Of a DNA stretch of 33,589 nucleotides, positions 11,846 to 24,459 are shown in pieces. Each line of letters opens with the position of its first letter. Position 1 is the first letter of the stretch. The stretch is taken from the NCBI GenBank assembly GCA_032718475.1, contig JAUCBJ010001553.1:1-33589 (forward strand), in the 5' to 3' direction. Both the position numbers and the translations under genes were made by a program. The notes beneath the pieces are model-generated. The model was not told the origin of the DNA and did no database searches. It was given only the letters and a program-made list of their open reading frames with translations. The stretch comes from Nemertoderma westbladi. Taxonomy: Eukaryota; Animalia; Xenacoelomorpha.

Positions 11846-13431
11846 AAGTCTTGATTGCACAGTAGGCAATAAATATATTTGTCTAATGTTCTGGTAAGAA
11901 CAATAATAGATTTATAAGTTTCTTTATTGCGCCGTAGGCAATGAAGTCGAATGTACCGGTTGGACGGTAAACTGTAGGCCTAACTGCCTAATCACCCGAA
12001 CCGGTACAGCAGTATTATTCGATTGTGATAATTATATACCGGTAGGTCTTGATATTTAATCGGGGACTGCAGCCCTGGTTTTTTATTGGGATTTTACTAA
12101 TTTCTGTCAGTTTTATTTATCTGTAAGTGTAATATTGAGCAGAAGGCGTGTAAGCCTGCTCAGATTGTATAAATAATTTGTAGGCCGGATTGTTGTCTAA
12201 CTGTTGTTAGGTCTGAAGAGATTGCAGTGTGTGTAGAGTGTCTTTCCGATAAAGTGCTAGTTAGGAAGGTGGGGGCATCCAGTGCTGTAAGGTAAATCCC
12301 CCCCGAAAGAGTAAGTCGTACTACTCAGTTAGAACGCCTACTAACTAACCATTTCGGAGTCTGCATATACTGTAGTTTATTTAGGCTTGACAGTAGTCTG
12401 CCAGCATTTGGTCTGTGTTTTGTTTGTATAGTCTGCAAGGGTAGCGTAATATTTATTATTCAGAGTCTATGCGAGTATTCGCAACCTCCACCTCCCCAAG
12501 TTTATTCCTACAGTATATAATTGTGCTTGTTATACATACCGTTATAGTTAAATTAACCCCGGTACTACATCAGGGCTGCTTGGCGTAGGTAAAGACTGGT
12601 GATTTTGTGCTCCGGTCACTCCAGCAGATACCGTGGTTCTTTTGGCTGTTCAAGTATATTTAACTGCTGGTTATTTGTTGTATAAGTACTTGTACCTAAT
12701 TTAGGGTTTAGCGTACAGTGCTTTCCGAAAGTAATTTAGAGTGTAGGCAGTATATTTGTGTTGTAATGTGGTTAATAGGCACGTTAGCACTGGTTGGCTT
12801 CGATAATTAACCTCTAGGTAAGGACACTCCGGGTATATAACGAAGTACTTATAGAGCTAAGACTATAAGTCGTCAGACGGTGGTATTTTCTTATCTGGAC
12901 AACGCAACTTACTTACTACTGCTTTATTGTTTTCAAATACCGTAGTTTCCTGTCAGTTTGTAAGAACCAGAAATTCTAACTCCTTGTTAGGCTGGTTTGT
13001 AGATTTCTTGTAAAATTACCCTAACAAATTGTACGTGTAACTTGTTATTGTTTATTTAGAGATTGTGATCTCAACCCGTTGTAATTGTAAGTAATTTGTA
13101 GTGATAAGTAACTTAGTAAAGTAGAATTATCAGTAATAGTGTCCAACAAGTAGCACTCCACTGAGAGCGTTCAGCTTCTGTGTAGTGACTCCTTATTCAG
13201 AAATAATAACATTTATTTCAAATATTGTTAAACCCCTTGTACGGGTATATATATATTATAAATCAACTCAAACAGATTTATAAAATAGTAGGCCTGTTAT
13301 ACATCAATTAGGTCTTAATATCAGTTGGACTACTGCTTGATAACAGTAATAAGTAAAAGGGAAGTAACCCTAAAATTCTGAAATTCAGTTATTATAAAAT
13401 AATTGACATTATTATTTACGTATTATTTTGG

Positions 13432-13679
13432 CCGGTATTTACGGTAAGCTTATTTTATATATTTATATAAATTTAGGCTGAAATTATATACTGGTATTCT
13501 GTGACTAATTCTAGTCTATAATAATACTTATATATACTATAGGTGTATACCGGTATTTAATGTAGGCTTATTATATTTATTTATATAAATTTAGGCTGAA
13601 ATTATATACCGGTATTCTGTGACTAATCCTAGTATATAATAATACTTATATATATACTATAAGTGTATACCGGTATTTT
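13432..13679. repeat. AT-rich tandem duplication, ~118-120-bp unit, in the retrotransposon leader
   Basis: CCGGTATTT starts at 13432, 13550 and 13670 with matching intervening sequence. Confidence 0.92.
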
Positions 13680-13814
13680 AATATTATATATATATATCAC
13701 ATTACACTGAGTAACGGTATCGGTAATTAATTACTAGGCTTACAGTTGATACTGAATTAATAGACTTGCTTTAACTGTCGTTATAGTAGTAGGCATTCAA
13801 CTGTAAAATAAATC

Positions 13815-16800
13815 ATGGCTGACACAAAGCAAACCCTGTCAGATAGTCTCCTAGAAAGAACAGTCTGTGACTCAGATAAGAGTATAGAACATCTGAGAAC
13901 GAAGTCCAAGTCCCCTCCTACTGTAAGAAAGGTCATCCCTACAGTAGTAGTATCAGACCCTAGGCTAGTAAAGCACCATAGGTCTGTTATAGGCACTAGG
14001 GCCCAAGTTAAGCGGGACCAAGAAGCAGCTGTTAAGCAGCAGCAGCACCCGAGCCGAGAACTTATTTCTCAACGGCACGATAACTCTAGTAGTTCAGACA
14101 CTGAAGAGTTGACGCCCGAGATCGGAGCAAGGATGGCAGAAGCGGTTTATCCAGATCCACTTCTAATTCTTCCTGGAGCCGTACTCACCAGAGTATTGAT
14201 CGCGGTGGAGGAACATCAAGTCGATTTGGCGAGAAATAAGCGATCTACCAGGGACAGTTATGCGGGATACACGATGGAGGAACTGAGGTCTATTGTCGAG
14301 ACGCAATGGAACTTCCCCGGATCCGGACTCCCGTTTAACTTATCGGAAGCTGCCTGGGAGGACTTATACAGGATGGGAATCGTAAGGGAAACTCGAGATC
14401 CAGCTGTGTGGAAGAGGTCGGCAGCAGGATATGTCCAGGGATTCTTCAGCTCTTTGGAGCAATTAGAGGAACACCTGTTTCAACAACGTCAAGGACCTCA
14501 AGAGCAGGGAGAGCTGCTTTATCAAGTGCGAGAACGAATCTTAAAGTCTTAAAGTCCAGGGAACGACACAATGGAAAGTTCAGCTAACTGAGCGCATGAC
14601 CCATGGGGAATCAACAGACGCTACCTTTTCTCAGGTGGAAGGCGAAGCTACATCCGAGAAACCTCAGAAGAAGGATGCTATTGACATCTATCTGTCGGAC
14701 TATCAACGATTTATAGGTTACAAAGAGTAAAGGAGACGGCTAGCTGGACTTCACCCTAATAGTGAGGGAGCCAAATTTGTGTTGGACTCGTTAGATGCGG
14801 AAATATTAGCCACGGAGCAGGCTAAATTTGATGAAAGCATCCTCATCGCTATGGAACAGGAAGAACAAATAAAGAAACGATAAATAGAAGACCAAAAGTT
14901 GGCAGCAGCGGCAGAAGCTGAAAGAAAGGCGGCGGAAGCTGAAAGGTCAGTGGCAGCGGCAGAATTAGAAAGACAGGCGGCAGCGGCTGTGTCAGCAACA
15001 GAGGCTGAAAGAAAAGCTGCAATGGCAGAAGCAGAACGGAAGGCATCTGAAGCGACTACACAGCTAGAGCTGGAGAACCTTCAGGTGAAACAAGATTACT
15101 TAAATAAACAAAGAATAGCTACTCTGATGCAACTACTGAGTCGATCTACTCCCAGAAGACAGGGATTTACCTCCTCCGATGAGGGTGTTACGACTGATCC
15201 TGAAGGAACAGGTAATAAATCTCGTTCAAGTGGACGTAGAAGAACGCCACACCATCAGAAGTTACCTAATTTACCTCCTGTGGTGAGAAGGCAACTGGCT
15301 AATGTAGATTTAAGTAATCCTGAGCCCACAGACCAAATTATTAGAGTAGACAGACTCCCTACTATAGTAGATGAGCCCTAAATAATTAGGCCTGTCATTG
15401 AAGCCACTCCGGTTATAGAGACGCCTGTACTTCCAGAACCTAACTCTAAATTCCCTTTGCACAGTACTAAACTACCCGTGCCCAGTAGACAAGCTCCGGA
15501 ATCACTCCCAGTCCTGGACGCCGAGCAAGACATAAATGACTTGTCTCCCGTTGTCCCTACGTGTCTCCCCGCTACTATGTTGGCGGCTCCCGCTTCGGCG
15601 GTTGAGTGGGTAGACGAGGGACGGCGGGGGATGGATCGCCTGCTCGGGCAGCTGGAAGACCATAAACGAAGGTCTTCACAGCAGGTCCGCGAATTGGAAG
15701 GGACTGTTCAGCAGTTAAAGGGAACAGTGAGAGAGAGTAGGTTAGAGTTGCAAGAAGTGCAACAAAGTATCACTTTAGAGCGCGATAAATTAGTAAATAT
15801 ACAAATGGGTATACCACCACCCCCTGTAACAATGTGTCAACCCGTTAGGTCTGAAGTATTTCATGCGCAAGGTGAGGAATCTACACGCATCTATACTGCT
15901 AGTGAAGTAGAAACTCCTATAGTAAACCCTATTAAGGGTAATTAAAAACCTGTGGATAATGATATCCCATACAGATCTGATCATAATCCGAGAAATTTAT
16001 ATACCGATAACTCGATATTTAATAATACGATGGCTCAAGAAAGTTTTACACGTCAAATGGGTAGAACTGAAGCCCGTCAAGCGGTAAAGGTGGGAGAGGT
16101 CGTCAAGTTTAATGGAGATGAGATGAAATGGTTACCTTTTAATGAATATTATAAAGATAACATACAGAACTCTGTACTATCTAACGGAGAGAAACTTAGA
16201 TTCCTCATCGAATGCTTGGAAGGACCTCCCAAGTTAATGGCGTTAAAGTTTATTGGACATCCAGATGGATTACGACAGGTTTGGGATACACTAAATATCA
16301 GGTATGTTAATAGGACTAACATAGCTAGGTATTTGTATGCGAAATTAGTAGCGCCCCGAAAGTTTCTTAGCAGCAGGATTATCGAGTTTTCCGATGAGAT
16401 CCAGGAGATCTATAGACAGTTAGATTGGTTAGGTAAGTCTCAGGAATATCAGATTTCTATGGTTGTTGGAGCCGTAGCATCTACTTTGCCAAAGGGTGGA
16501 GTAGGTACTCGCTGGGACCAAAAGGTTCTCTATATGATGGACTGGCAACAAAGAGACCCTACTATGGCTGATCTCATGTCATTCTTAAATGGAGAAGTTA
16601 GATTACAGCTCCTAAAGCAGTCCAGAGAAAAGACACCGGAAAGTAAGGTGAGTGAAAAACCCGTTTCTAGGAGAAAGGTAACACCAGTGTGTTATGCGGA
16701 CGATGGCGAAAGCCAAACCTCATACGAGGAAAGCAGCGGTAAGGACACCGAAAGATCTTATTATGTCAATAAAATGAGGAAAGACGTAAGTAAATCTAAG

Positions 16801-17444
16801 TCTCGAACCAGTGACAGGAGAGAACAGGTAACAACTCCTCCTATGTCTCCTAAGAGAATTCATGGAAGAAAGCCCGAGGAAAGAACAAGTGTGCACAACA
16901 CAACACAGGAGAAAGTAAGTAACATCAAACCCAAATGAGCATTGTGCGATGGGCCACATCGCTTGAGTGGGTGTGATGAATTCTTGAAGAAATCCCTAAA
17001 GGATAGACGTGATGTCATGTGGGATAAGCAGTTGTGTTATAATTGCCTCAGATGAGGACACCAACGGCGGACCTGTTACTCAGATGCGAGGTGTGCTAGT
17101 GCGGCACGAAACATCACATCTTGCTGTACACAGAATTTGACAGAACCCGCACGAGTCAGGTAAGTGAGCCCGAACTACATGTCCAATTCAGTGATGTGAA
17201 CGACACTGACCACAGCTCTGAGATGGAAGGATTCTACATGGACGAATTCTCCAACTAAAACGAATCCTGTTATATGATAAACACCGCGGTGTATCGAGCA
17301 CTTACGTATGAGACTGAAACTGAAAATGAAGAGCCTCGACTGACTATTCTGGACCGACAACCATCTTGGAAAGCTCGAACTTCCAACGTCGGAATCCGGG
17401 AATTCCCCGTGGTGCAGCTGAGAGTCCACGGGCTAGGGAAGAGC
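13815..17444 (+). pseudogene. gag: BEL/Pao gag, copy 1 (long N-terminus, Ala/Glu coiled coil, DUF1759-like capsid region, three zinc knuckles), ending just before the protease
   Basis: ATG at 13815; KFNGDEMKW..F...EKLRFLIECLEG..DTLNIRY; (C>stop)ALCDGPHRLSGC, CYNCLRxGHQRRTC and a frameshifted third knuckle. Multiple stops and frameshifts. Confidence 0.92.
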
Positions 17445-18690
17445 TTGCCTAAAGAGGTGAGGTCTCTATAGGGGTGAGCTCAACAGGCGGCGGCGGACTC
17501 GTGAGGGTCTGGGGGCACGTTAAATCTTTTCTATAGTGCAAGGGAGTTACTGAAGGCCCTCGTGTCTTGCGAACCATGAATCAACATGGTGCCGTGGTAC
17601 CATCTAGTCGGCCTGTTGCCATACTGCTAGTCCTATACACAGCAGGGGTGGTGGCTTGGTGTGATCTGTGGTCTATGTGGTCTATATGGTAGGTCTATGT
17701 TTGGTATGTATGAGTTCACCAGACTCTTTGCTGTCTCCGATCGGTTGCCGAAACGTGTCTTTTCCCAGGGTAGCACTATTGGAATGGAGGTGTTGCATCG
17801 GAATGGGCAGGATTCTAATGATTCTGTTGGTACTACTATTGGAATGGAGGTAGCACCTGGAATATCTGCTGAAAGGAGGGGGTGGTGTTGTAGTGTGGTC
17901 CCAGTGAATGATACTCTGGAATCTGTGGTTTGTGTGTGGACGATCAGTGGCAGTTTGCTTGAGCTTTCTGTTGCTGTGGGTACGTGGTATACGTGAGTGT
18001 GTGTATGGCCACTGCGAGTGAGTGTGGGAAATCTTGCCGGTTGGTTCAGTCGCCGCTGGCTATTAGTAGGACCATATCTTTACTGCGCCCCAGCATACTT
18101 TGTGCACACAAAGTTATTTTGCCCTGACGGCAAAATAAGGTACTCTCGACTCTTTTATCAGTCGATACAATTTTGTCCCCTCTGATTTTGTCACCGATTT
18201 GTCTTTCCAGATTATGTCCTCTGTGTGTGCATGGTATGTGTCCGATTTTGTGTTTACCATTGTGTACTTGATTTCGTGAGCATCTGTTGAGTACACGTGT
18301 ACAGTGACTGGTAAGTGGTTACTTGTTCCTAGCTTTCGAGCTAGTCAGTATTGTTTGCGGAACCGACTTCCCCTCAATACTGCCGGCGAGGCGGGTGAAA
18401 ACGTGTCAATATTCCATGTTGGGTAGCGCAAGCCCACTTGGGTCAAGACCGTCGGTTTGGCTCAAGGGCGACCTTGATGCTCGATCGCTATCGACTGGTC
18501 CACCCACCGGTTGACTCTCTGAGTTGGCTCAATGTACAGTCAGGCCACAGTAAGTTGACAGTAGCCGACCATCTGGCTACACGTGCGACGAGCTGTGCCG
18601 GTGTGATCGGGGGATTGAAAATTGAACCCGGGAAGCATCAGGCTACCCTCTGGCCCAGTCTGATAAAACGGAGTCGGACTGGCCCCAAGG
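17445..18690 (-). other. 1.25-kb unidentified insert between the two gag copies, with a stop-free minus-strand frame at 18079-17633
   Basis: No BEL similarity. The distal ~520 bp match 1-530. Manual translation gives 148 sense codons with no ATG (RYGPTNSQRRLNQPARFPTLTR...PQITPSHHPCCV*). Confidence 0.6.
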
Positions 18691-21600
18691 TGTGTGGAAG
18701 AGGTCGGCAGCAGGATATGTCCAGGGATTCTTCAGCTCTTTGGAGCAATTAGAGGAACACCTGTTTCAACAACGTCAAGGACCTCAAGAGCAGGGAGAGA
18801 TGCTTTATCAAGTGCGAGAACGAATCTTAAAGTCTTAAAGTCCAGGGAATGACACAATGGAAAGTTCAGCTAACTGAGCGCATGACCCATGGGGAATCAA
18901 CAGACGCTACCTTTTCTCAGGTGGAAGGCAAAGCTACATCCGAGAAACCTCAGAAGAAGGATGCTATTGACATCTATCTGTCGGACTATCAACGATTTAT
19001 AGGTTACAAAGAGTAAAGGAGACGGCTAGCTGGACTTCACCCTAATAGTGAGGGAGCCAAATTTGTGTTGGACTCGTTAGATGCGGAAATATTAGCCACG
19101 GAGCAGGCTAAATTTGATGAAAGCATCCTCATCGCTATGGAACAGGAAGAACAAATAAAGAAACGATAAATAGAAGACCAAAAGTTGGCAGCAGCGGCAG
19201 AAGCTGAAAGAAAGGCGGCGGAAGCTGAAAGGTCAGTGGCAGCGGCAGAATTAGAAAGACAGGCGGCAGCGGCGGCGTCAGCAACAGAGGCTGAAAGAAA
19301 AGCTGCAATGGCAGAAGCAGAACGGAAGGCATCTGAAGCGACTATACAGCTAGAGCTGGAGAACCTTCAGGTGAAACAAGATTACTTAAATAAACAAAGA
19401 ATAGCTACTCTGATGCAACTACTGAGTCGATCTACTCCCAGAAGACAGGGATTTACCTCCTCCGATGAGGGTGTTACGACTGATCCTGAAGGAACAGGTA
19501 ATAAATCTCGTTCAAGTGGACGTAGAAGAACGCCACACCATCAGAAGTTACCTAATTTACCTCCTGTGGTGAGAAGGCAACTGGCTAATGTAGATTTAAG
19601 TAATCCTGAGCCCACAGACCAAATTATTAGAGTAGACAGACTCCCTACTATAGTAGATGAGCCCTAAATAATTAGGCCTGTCATTGAAGCCACTCCGGTT
19701 AAAGAGACCCCTGTACTTCCAGAACCTAACTCTAAATTCCCTTTGCACAGTACTAAACTACCCGTGCCCAGTAGACAAGCTCCGGAATCACTCCCAGTCC
19801 TGGACGCCGAGCAAGACATAAATGACTTGTCTCCCGTTGTCCCTACGTGTCTCCCCGCTACTATGTTGGCGGCTCCCGCTTCGGCGGTTGAGTGGGTAGA
19901 CGAGGGACGGCGGGGGATGGATCGCCTGCTCGGGCAGCTGGAAGACCATAAACGAAGGTCTTCACAGCAGGTCCGCGAATTGGAAGGGACTGTTCAGCAG
20001 TTAAAGGGAACAGTGAGAGAGAGTAGGTTAGAGTTGCAAGAAGTGCAACAAAGTATCACTTTAGAGCGCGATAAATTAGTAAATATACAAATGGGTATAC
20101 CACCACCCCCTGTAACAATGTGTCAACCCGTTAGGTCTGAAGTATTTCATGCGCAAGGTGAGGAATCTACACGCATCTATACTGCTAGTGAAGTAGAAAC
20201 TCCTATAGTAAACCCTATTAAGGGTAATTAAAAACCTGTGGATAATGATATCCCATACAGATCTGATCATAATCCGAGAAATTAATATACCGATAACTCG
20301 ATATTTAATAATACGATGGCTCAAGAAAGTTTTACACGTCAAATGGGTAGAACTGAAGCCCGTCAAGCGGTAAAGGTGGGAGAGGTCGTCAAGTTTAATG
20401 GAGATGAGATGAAATGGTTACCTTTTAATGAATATTATAAAGATAACATACAGAACTCTGTACTATCTAACGGAGAGAAACTTAGATTCCTCATCGAATG
20501 CTTGGAAGGACCTCCCAAGTTAATGGCGTTAAAGTTTATTGGACATCCAGATGGATTAAGACAGGTTTGGGATACACTAAATATCAGGTATGTTAATAGG
20601 ACTAACATAGCTAGGTATTTGTATGCGAAATTAGTAGCGCCCCGAAAGTTTCTTAGCAGCGGGATTATCGAGTTTTCCGATGAGATCCAGGAGATCTATA
20701 GACAGTTAGATTGGTTAGGTAAGTCTCAGGAATATCAGATTTCTATGGTTGTTGGAGCCGTAGCATCTACTTTGCCAAAGGGCGGAGTAGGTACTCGCTG
20801 GGACCAAAAGGTTCTCTATATGATGGACTGGCAACAAAGAGACCCTACTATGGCTGATCTCATGTCATTCTTAAATGGAGAAGTTAGATTACAGCTCCTA
20901 AAGCAGTCCAGAGAAAAGACACCGGAAAGTAAGGTGAGTGAAAAACCCGTTTCTAGGAGAAAGGTAACACCAGTGTGTTATGCGGACGATGGCGAAAGCC
21001 AAACCTCATACGAGGAAAGCAGCGGTAAGGACACCGAAAGATCTTATTATGTCAATAAAATGAGGAAAGACGTAAGTAAATCTAAGTCTCGAACCAGTGA
21101 CAGGAGAGAACAGGTAACAACTCCTCCTATGTCTCCTAAGAGAATTCATGGAAGAAAGCCCGAGGAAAGAACAAGTGTGCACAACACAACACAGGAGAAA
21201 GTAAGTAACATCAAACCCAAATGAGCATTGTGCGATGGGCCACATCGCTTGAGTGGGTGTGATGAATTCTTGAAGAAATCCCTAAAGGATAGACGTGATG
21301 TCATGTGGGATAAGCAGTTGTGTTATAATTGCCTCAGACGAGGACACCAACGGCGGACCTGTTACTCAGATGCGAGGTGTGCTAGTGCGGCACGAAACAT
21401 CACATCTTGCTGTACACAGAATTTGACAGAACCCGCACGAGTCAGGTAAGTGAGCCCGAACTACATGTCCAATTCAGTGATGTGAACGACACTGACCACA
21501 GCTCTGAGATGGAAGGATTCTACACGGACAAATTCTCCGATGAAAATGAATCCTGTTATATGATAAATACCGCTGTGTTTCGAGCACTTACGTACGAGAC

Positions 21601-23868
21601 TGAAACCGACCATGAAGATCCTCGACTGACTATTCCGGACCGACAACCATCTTGGAAAGCGCCAACTTCCTCCGTCGGAATCCGGGAATTTCCTGTGGTG
21701 CAGCTGAGAGTCCATGGGCTAGGGAAGAGCCTGATAGTAAACGCCCTCCTTGACTCCGGCAGCACAGGTACATTCATTGACAAAGAACTAGCCGAAGACA
21801 TCTTTGCTGGACAACCCAAGTTCCGAACTAAGTTGAACCTTTCCAGAATTATGCAGGTTTGGAAATCCACAGTAGCTACAGATTACTACGTGGGTGCATT
21901 GTCCACTCCCCAGGATGAACTAGGAGAACATACCGTAAGGTCGGTAAAAATGGTGGCTATAAAGAACTTTGCTACTAGCCAAGTGGAACCTTACAACTGG
22001 GATGAAGACCATTTTACCCAGCAACATAATATACCTAGATTCAATACTGACTATCCAGGGGTGCAGATATTAATCGGCCAAAATGCGCACGAAGCGCTTG
22101 AGACTTTAGAAAAACGGCCTGCTCGACCGCAACCATTACAAACTTACGCGGGAAGAACGAGAGTAGGTTGGTACTTCACTGGCCCTTCCCGTAGAACTCT
22201 AATGGAAAGACTACCTAGTGAGAGAATTCATCAGGTGAGTGAATGGGAAGAAAAAATCAGTGAGGGAGAAACCACAACTGAGGGAACTCCATACTCCTCA
22301 GACAACGACGATATTAACCAACTGTACAATGAGGAAAATACAATCGACCTCCTCACCAAAAATCAAACTTGGTTAAACTAAGTAAACTTGTGCCATCTTA
22401 TCGATCAACATGGCAGACAATTCACATATAATGACGAATTAAACGAAGTGATAGATCGATACAATAACAAAATTTGTGATGAACACGCCGTATGATTCTT
22501 CATTCAAGAAGCCGTAGAGCCTAATTCCTACGACAAAGCCTTGTCTGTCGAGGAAGAGAGAGCCAAGCAGATTCAGGAAATGACAACCCGTTATCTGAAG
22601 GACGAAGGTCGCTATGAGATTGGTCTTCCGTTCCAATGGCTAGAACCCAACTTTATAAATAACCAATCTTTAGCGGAAAAGAGAATCGCGCAACTACATC
22701 GGCGTCTTACGGCCAACATTCCAGCCAGGGTAATGTATAAAACCCAGCTGAAGCAATTTATTGATAAAGGATACGCGGAGCGAGTACCGGAAGAAACACC
22801 CGTAACAGAGATAACGTATTATCTAACACATCATTACGTTCCCAAGCCCGGTAAACCCAACGAAGTCTGGGTAGTGTTTGACGGCTCCGCCCTCTACATG
22901 GGTCAATCCCTGAACTCGGAACTATTGCCGGGACCCAACTTACTCCAATCCTTGTTGGGAATACTATTAAGATTGCGGCAATATTCTATCACATTCGCTT
23001 CGGACATAGAAGGCATGTTCTTACAAGTCAAGGCGCTGGATATGGATCGAGACAGCCTACGATTTCTGTGGTGGCCTGAAGGAGACCTCAACCGATCCAG
23101 GCTTTCGGGATCATCTCGAGCCCCTCGAACGCTTGTTCGGTAGTGCGTACAACTGCCGATGACAACCGAGACGCCTTCTCTAAAGTGGTTATTGACAACA
23201 TGGATGGACGACAATTTAAAGTCCCTCCCATCGGTGGAAGAAGCCATTGATGTTACCATGGGAACGGTAGAGTGCTTGCAACGTGGTGGATTTCGACTAA
23301 CCAAATTCACTAGGAACTCCCGTGAGTTTCTGCAATCGATCCCGGTAGAAGACTGAGGTGTTAAAGATCTGTACCTCATCAAGGACGATCTTCCGGAAAC
23401 CAAGACACTTGGTTTAAAATGGGACACGGAGAGAGATATCTTGTTTTTCCAGTTAAAACAACGAGATAATCCAGTTAGAACTAAACGGATTTGTCTAAGT
23501 ATCCTGAGCACTTATTTCGATCCATTGGGATTTATTAGCCCAGTTATATTGGTTGCTCGGAGCTTAGTGCATGATCCACTTAAGGGAGAACTACTAAAGA
23601 AGTGGATGAAATGGGAAGATTCTCTACCATCCATCGAGAACTTTATGATTTCCCGTTCATATTTTGGTCACGTTCTCCTCACATATTCCTATCAACTCCT
23701 TGTGTTTGGAGACGCCAGCGATAGAACTCGTCGGTAGAACTCGTCGTCATGCGACATAACTTTAAGAAACCTGGAATTGTATTCGAAACACAACAACTCA
23801 ATCGCCCAGTTGGTCACTTATGTTTACTGGAAAGAGACAGAGAGCTATCCGGAAACTATGGAAGGTAA
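18691..23868 (+). pseudogene. gag-pol: BEL/Pao gag (copy 2, 5'-truncated) plus pol remnant: aspartic protease, RT, start of RNase H, extreme integrase C-terminus
   Basis: 18691-21730 duplicates 14405-17444 at offset 4286. Motifs NALLDSGSTGTFI, ILIG, YYLTHHYVPKPGKP, SDIEGMFLQV, WMDD, TLGLKWD, TKRICLS..FDPLG and VFGDAS, then a jump to RPVGHLCLLE (~23803-23832). Confidence 0.94.
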
Positions 23869-24459
23869 GATACTCTTCCTACGACCACCTCCCTAATCCA
23901 ACAAACATCTAGGGACTCCTCAACGTAACAGCGTCTGGAGTGGGTGTGTGACTACATTATTTTATATATATTTTTATTATTATTTTTATATTTATGTATG
24001 TATTATTACGTAATTTTTATTATTATAATCGTTTTCTTTAATTTTATTTAGTAGAATAATATTTTAGCGATTATTCAGTAGATTAGTGCAATATATATTC
24101 GTGTTTATTACTTAACTACTTAGCATTATATATTTAGTTTAACGGCGAGAAATTCTTTTTTCTCTTTCCTTACTGTCCGTATCATATTATAAATACGTGA
24201 CTACAGTAAGATGAAATGTCCGTACTTATTAAAGTACAATACCGCCCCTACTATACTCAAGTATTATTGGTAAGTAGAGTATTAGGAATGCAAAGTTCAG
24301 ATCCTCGTGTCTCGGCTAAACCAAGCTCTGGGTAGACCTTGGAAACGACTTGCCTCTTCTCACTGACATTGTTTCTGGCAATATTGCTCTCATACCGTAT
24401 ATTAAATAATACATATAGTAGAATGATGTCCATTTAACAGTAGCGTTAAAACGCAAAAC

